From a virus (lineage: Duplodnaviria > Heunggongvirae > Uroviricota > Caudoviricetes): a stretch of DNA of 30,947 bases. The position numbers and the translations under genes were made by a program. The notes beneath the pieces were generated by a model. It saw only the letters and a list, made by a program, of their open reading frames with translations. It ran no database searches and had not been told where the DNA came from. The stretch lies in IMG/VR virus record IMGVR_UViG_2534682078_000030; one strand, written 5' to 3'. This document shows positions 26,153-30,947 of this stretch, piece by piece. Within the stretch, counting starts at the first letter, position 1; every line of letters starts with the position of its first letter.

Positions 26153-27275
26153 GGCACTGATAACATCCTTCACGTTCGCAGGCGTCAGTGGACTGTCGAT
26201 GGTTTCAAACTGCGCTTCCGCAATTGAATCAGCAAGCACCTGTGCGGTTCGGGTATACACCTCAAAGATGTAGGCGTTCGTTTCCGGTGTGCGGTTGCCC
26301 CAGAAGCGGAACCCGTTGCGACGAATAATGGTCGTGATTTCTTTGTTGTTGAGGCTGTTGGCATCGCTGTCTTCGGCCTGCAACGACCAGAACACATGCC
26401 TCGACATCCCCAGCACATTTTTAACCGGAACGTTGGACAGTGATTTGTGCCAGCCCTGCTCATGGTCAATGTACGCACGAAGGCCGCACGCATAGGCAGG
26501 CGCGGGGAACGTTTCGTTTTTGCCACTTTTCGGGTTGTAGGCGATGAAGTCCGGCCATAAGAGCATCACCTCACGTTCGTTGAATTTCTGGCGGTAGGTA
26601 ATCGCCTCAGCCATCGTGTTACAGCCGTGACATGAGGCATACACAAACGCGCGCAGTTTACCCGCAATCACGCACAGGGATTTTGTTACCGCCTCCGTGT
26701 CCAGCTCCGGCGCGGCCAGAATACGCGGACGGTATCCGATGCTTTCATCCTGCTCTGCAACAAGCAGCGCATACATCCCCGTATAGCTGCCGTCAGATTC
26801 AGAACCACCGATAACCAGTTGATCCTGCGTTTTTCCGTCTTCTTCTTTATGTTCAGCCACGCGAACGACGATCACCTTTGTGCTCACCTGGTCTGCGATG
26901 GCCTTAAGCGCACGATAAAGCGTCCCCGTTGTTCCGCATTTTCCCAGCACGTCATTGACGCGGGTCAGCAGTGTGGGCTTGTTCAGCGGGAACAGCTCCG
27001 CGTCCGCATCATCCGCCGTTGCCACGATACCGATAACACTGGAATCAACATCATTAATCGCTGTTACCAGGTCGGTACTTTCCGTAACACGGGCACCATG
27101 AAAACGAGTTTCACTCATAGCTTCAGCCCCTTGTATCCGTTAAATGATTCGGCAACAATCATCACCCACCACGCGCGTAATCTCACCCCTGCGCCGTTCT
27201 CCCGCCCCGGCGACAACAAAAAGCAGTAACCCCCTCCGCACGCACATGCGACCATGCCGCACAGGGAGGGAGCAG

Positions 27276-28384
27276 ATGACCGACACCACCATGCAATTGC
27301 TCAGTCAGGGCACAGACCCCGTGAAAATGCCGGATTTTGATATTCTCGCGGAGGGTAAAACGCTGTCAGGCGTGGCAGAGCGCCTGATGAGCCTGTCACT
27401 GACCGACAACCGGGGATTTGAGGCGGACCAGCTCACCATCACGCTGGATGATGCGGATGGTCAGTTGCAGCTACCGCCACGGGGCGCGCGCCTGACGGTT
27501 CTCATTGGCTGGAAAGGAGAACCGCTGACAGAAAAAGGCACTTACATTGTTGATGAAATCGCTCACGAAGGACCGCCGGACAGGCTGACTGTTTCAGCCA
27601 GAAGCGCAGATTTTCGGGATGAATTTAACGTTAAACGTGAGGTGTCCTGGCATGATGTGACCGTTGAGCGTGTGGTATCCGCCATCGCTCATCGGTATGG
27701 TCTGAAACCGCAAATCAGCGAAATGCTGATGGATATCGAAATCGACCACGCCGACCAGACCGAAGAAAGCGACATGTCCTTCCTTACGCGCATGGCGGAA
27801 ATGCTGGGCGCAATCACCACGGTAAAAAGAGGTAATCTGTTATTCATCATGCCCGGCGGTGGCGTGAACGCACAGGGCCAGCCGTTGCCCTCGTTCGCCA
27901 TCACACGCAGCAGCGGCGATCGCCATCAGTTCCGCATTGCTGACCGCGAAGCGTATACGGGGGTACGCGCTTACTGGCTTGATCTTAATTACGGGAAAAA
28001 GAAAAAGTCAGCGTGAAACGCCGCAAACCGTCAAAACCAAAAAAGGAGAAAAGCAGCAGCCGGGAAGGCGACTATATGGAAGGTGCGGAAGGCAACGTGT
28101 TTGTGTTACGCAAAACTTATCAGAACGAGCAGGCAGCAAGACGTGCAGCGGCGGCAAAGTGGCAGCAGCTACAACGCGGAGCCGCATCATTCTCCATCAC
28201 ACTGGCGCATGGACGTGCAGAACTCTACCCCGAAATGCATGGCACGGTAACAGGATTTAAAAGCGAGATTGATAATCAGGACTGGATTATTGCAAAAGCC
28301 GAGCACACCATTGATAACAGCGGCTTTACCACGCAGCTTGAGCTTGAGGCAAAAATCCCGGAATGGATAGCAGAAACAGAGTGA
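27276..28384 (+). pseudogene. D: Tail protein D (P2 gpD family), split by a -1 frameshift in GGGAAAAAGAAAAAG (27993-28007)
   Basis: N part (to 28016) has SLSLTDNRGFEADQLTITLDDADGQL and SARSADFR; C part (from 28013) has REGDYMEGAEGNVF and GFTTQLELE; both are collinear with P2 gpD. ATG at 27276 is preceded by GGGAGGGA. Could equally be a homopolymer sequencing error. Confidence 0.6.
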
Positions 28385-28546
28385 GCAACTTAAATGTATT
28401 AACTCAGAACGGATCAACACACTCACAACATAGAGTCAATATAGCTGCTCGCTTTGTTCCAGCAAGGATGCCTATTTCTAAGGAAAAACAGAGCAGAAAC
28501 ATATGGTGTTTTCCTACCTGACATCAGGGGTGGTAAGAATCATGCT

Positions 28547-28574
28547 TTGATAACCAATTGATAACTATTATTAT
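28547..28574 (+). promoter_or_regulatory. Candidate sigma70 promoter TTGATA-16-TATTAT for the 500-aa cargo gene
   Basis: -35 at 28547-28552 and -10 at 28569-28574, about 35 bp upstream of the ATG at 28610; AT-rich context. Sequence-only prediction. Confidence 0.4.
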
Positions 28575-28609
28575 ATTAATCTAACACCATTGACATAGTT
28601 GAGGTTTGA

Positions 28610-30112
28610 ATGAACAAAAAGCTGTATTTATTCCCAGACTCAAACATTTTTCTACAATGCAAGGACTTGACGCAGGTAAATTTTTCCGAGATTACTGCTT
28701 GTGATGAAGTATGTATCATTATTACAAGGCCCATTCAGCAAGAGATTGACCGCCAGAAAGGGCAAGGTAATTCCCGCCTATCCAAAAAAGCAAGGAAGGC
28801 TGCTAGCCTATTTAATCAAGTAGTTGATTCAACTGACATGACTCTTGTTATTCGTGAACGCTCGCCGCGAGTTTTTCTTACCATGGATCTAAGCCTGAAA
28901 CCATGTGAACAGTTATCTGAACAATTGGATTATCAGGAGGCCGACGATCGTTTTGTTGGTATTGCGGCAGGGTATTGCGCTGACGATCCAGATTCGGAGG
29001 TGGCAATCATTACCAATGATAGCGGTCCACGTTTTTCAGCAATAAAACATAATATAATCTGCTATAAAGTGCCTTCTTCATGGTTGCTTCCTGCTGAGCC
29101 AGATGAAAAGGATAAACAAATTAAATTGCTGGAAGCTAAGCTGAAGCAATTCACTCAGTCTATGCCCGATTTCAGCATTAAAGTAGCCGATGACGAGCAA
29201 TTAAATATTGTACTTCCTTATTATACAGCTTTATCTGAATATGAAGTTGATAATTTGCTTTGTCAACTAACGGATGCATTCCCATTGGTTACAAACTTTG
29301 ACAATGAACAAACTACCCCACAATCACTAGAAAAAATCATCAAGTCATTTAGTCAACAGGAGTATTTCCCTGTATCAGCAGATGATATTTCTCTTTATAA
29401 AGAAAAACATTATCCACTTTGGAAAAAGCAGTGTGAAGAAATACTGAAAAACTGTCATACTCATATTAATCCGAAGGCAATAAAATACCCGCTGTCGTTT
29501 TTATTACAAAACACAGGTTATACTATCGCTGAACGTGCTGTGGTAACATTTACAGCAAAAGGAGATTTTCGTCTGTGTGGATTTAATTGGGAGATAATGG
29601 AAGAGCTGACTGAAAGCAAAAGGATTGACCTACCTTCAGCCCCTACCGCCCCCAAAGGAAAATGGCGTAGTGTATGTGGCGTAACAGAAAGAATGCCTTA
29701 CGCTGGGGGAGCTTTGGAAACACCGCTATCCAGTATAATTTCAAAAGAAATTGGTCCTTTGTTATCTCTTACTCCAACAGAAAGGGATAAAAACGATTTT
29801 TATTATAAAGAAAAGAGAAATGAGCCAGTTCAAGTTGTATCGCTGGAATGCGAAGAGTGGCGTCATCAAGTCAAAGAAGAAATATTCCCGTTGTTCGTAT
29901 ATACAGCCAACAAACCAAAGAAAGTGAATGGTGCAATTGAGGTGAGAGTTGATGCAAATAACCTTACCAATCCGGTCATTAAAACATTTAAATTAAAAAT
30001 AACTATAGAAGAACATAGTGCATTTTCAACCATAACAGAAATGGTGCAGACATACATTCAAGAGCAGAAGAAAAGACAGAAAAGTTCTATTAGCGCACAA
30101 ATCAAAACATGA
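28610..30112 (+). CDS. 500-aa protein with N-terminal PIN-like nuclease domain and uncharacterised C-terminal region; candidate phage-defence effector
   Basis: Long ORF with SD GAGG 9 nt upstream; AT-rich codon usage unlike the flanking phage genes. N-terminus LYLFPDSNIFLQ...IIITRPIQQEIDRQ...KKARKAASLF...VAIITNDSGP has PIN-like spacing of acidic residues. No Walker A or HEPN motif seen. Confidence 0.6.
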   Translation: MNKKLYLFPDSNIFLQCKDLTQVNFSEITACDEVCIIITRPIQQEIDRQKGQGNSRLSKKARKAASLFNQVVDSTDMTLVIRERSPRVFLTMDLSLKPCEQLSEQLDYQEADDRFVGIAAGYCADDPDSEVAIITNDSGPRFSAIKHNIICYKVPSSWLLPAEPDEKDKQIKLLEAKLKQFTQSMPDFSIKVADDEQLNIVLPYYTALSEYEVDNLLCQLTDAFPLVTNFDNEQTTPQSLEKIIKSFSQQEYFPVSADDISLYKEKHYPLWKKQCEEILKNCHTHINPKAIKYPLSFLLQNTGYTIAERAVVTFTAKGDFRLCGFNWEIMEELTESKRIDLPSAPTAPKGKWRSVCGVTERMPYAGGALETPLSSIISKEIGPLLSLTPTERDKNDFYYKEKRNEPVQVVSLECEEWRHQVKEEIFPLFVYTANKPKKVNGAIEVRVDANNLTNPVIKTFKLKITIEEHSAFSTITEMVQTYIQEQKKRQKSSISAQIKT

Positions 30113-30355
30113 GGGTGTACTCAAATAATACAATGCTATAGTAAATCTATAAGTGCATAACTATTTCCTGATCTTTTCCCAAAATAGATGACAGGATAAA
30201 AAACATTCCAATCTTTTACAGGCTTTGGATAAATCGTATCAAAGCCTATTTCTTCAAGAGTTAAATCACCGCTTTTCGCTCGAAACGGACTGGCTGTTGG
30301 AGTATGAGCCAGAACAACTTAGAATAGCCCCTGCACTACGTTAAGGGAGGTCGCT

Positions 30356-30616
30356 ATGTTCCGTTGTCCGCTTTGTGGCGCATCTGCCCGTATCCGCACC
30401 AGTCGTCCGGAAAATGATTCAAACACCGTGCGGCAAAAGTATTACCAGTGTAACAATCTGGAATGCGGCGTATGCTTCTCAACACTGGAAGCTTTCCATA
30501 AATTCACATCAAAACACGCCTCCGGCGTTCACTCTTCAGAAGATATCCCGTGGCATGATCTGCCAGCTTCACACAGGGGAAACAATCAGATGAGCTTGCC
30601 TTTACCTCAGAATTAA
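30356..30616 (+). CDS. ogr: Late gene transcriptional activator, Ogr/Delta zinc-finger family
   Basis: MFRCPLCGASARIRTSR...YYQCNNLECGVCF matches the C-x2-C...C-x4-C pattern and N-terminus of P2 Ogr (MFHCPLCQHAAHARTSR...YHQCQNVNCSATF); SD GGGAGG upstream. Confidence 0.85.
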   Translation: MFRCPLCGASARIRTSRPENDSNTVRQKYYQCNNLECGVCFSTLEAFHKFTSKHASGVHSSEDIPWHDLPASHRGNNQMSLPLPQN

Positions 30617-30676
30617 CAGGCAGAATTGCCGGAGTAACAAAAAAGCGATAGATTACGCGCGGGTGCCTTTCGGCTG

Positions 30677-30889
30677 ATGGTCGGAGGGAATACCCGAAGG
30701 CCAGATGTGGAAAGGCCCCGGAAAACATCTCTGTTTAACCGAGGCCCTAACCGCATTACCTTGACAAGTGAAAGGTTAGCGCCTCTCCGGAAAAGGAGCA
30801 AGTGCTATGTCGCAAAAATCGCTTACGACCATCACGTTCTGCGTGACGGCAATCCTCATCATCTGGATGTTGCACGGTTCGCTGTGTGA
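30677..30889 (+). CDS. Possible mok-like overlapping reading frame of the hok locus
   Basis: 70-aa ORF overlapping the hok-like gene in another frame, as mok does in hok/sok loci. No independent support. Confidence 0.3.
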   Translation: MVGGNTRRPDVERPRKTSLFNRGPNRITLTSERLAPLRKRSKCYVAKIAYDHHVLRDGNPHHLDVARFAV

Positions 30890-30947
30890 AATACGGATGA
30901 GCTTCTGGGGAGCGGAGTTTGCGGCGTTCTTACAGTGTAAGCAGTAA
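30807..30947 (+). CDS. Hok/Gef-family type I toxin (small membrane peptide)
   Basis: 46 aa MSQKSLTTITFCVTAILIIWMLHGSLCEIRMSFWGAEFAAFLQCKQ: one transmembrane segment followed by SLCEIR and EFAAF, the Hok/PndA family signature. SD AAGGAG 8 nt before the ATG. The stop codon is the last triplet of the window. Confidence 0.7.
   Translation: MSQKSLTTITFCVTAILIIWMLHGSLCEIRMSFWGAEFAAFLQCKQ

Larger units (their letters stand above)
24622..27118 (-). pseudogene. FI: Tail sheath protein (P2 gpFI family) interrupted by IS copy B
   Basis: N-terminal 322 codons (26150-27118: ...FPLNKP...GFRFWGNRT...YTRTAQV...) and C-terminal 72 codons (24622-24839: ...RYKYTPVPPLEDMELYQ...) are collinear with P2 gpFI and join in frame across a single Ile codon that forms the target duplication. 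Confidence 0.85.

Noticed and set aside
1-30947. CRISPR arrays, tRNA/rRNA genes, integrase and att sites
   Set aside because: No regularly spaced direct repeats with unique spacers, no tRNA-like cloverleaf regions noticed, and no integrase-like ORF; the prophage ends are outside this window.

Overview
This window is most of a P2-like (Peduovirus-type) temperate myovirus prophage from an enterobacterial host. It runs from the 3' part of replication gene A through the head genes (Q, P leftward; O, N, M, L rightward), the lysis cassette (holin, M15-type endolysin, overlapping spanins), baseplate and tail-fibre genes (R S V W J I H G) and the tail genes (FI FII E/E' T U, D) to ogr and a hok-like toxin at the right edge. 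The prophage looks defective. Two copies of an IS3-family element (IS629/IS1203-like) interrupt gene A (23-1000, internally deleted, no target duplication) and tail sheath gene FI (24840-26149, intact, 3-bp GAT duplication). The tail-fibre assembly gene and gene D each carry a frameshift in an A5 run, which could be real or homopolymer sequencing errors. Three AT-rich cargo loci sit between conserved genes: a ParM/ParR actin-type partition module with two orphan ORFs and palindrome-dense non-coding DNA between A and Q; a hexapeptide-repeat acetyltransferase at the Z/fun position; and a 500-aa protein with an N-terminal PIN-like nuclease domain between D and ogr. The last is my best candidate for an undescribed anti-phage defence gene. 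The FI-FII-E-T-U block lies on the opposite strand to D and the other late genes, unlike canonical P2. All homology calls come from reading the supplied translations against remembered family sequences; no database search or computation was run, and start codons and promoter calls are approximate.
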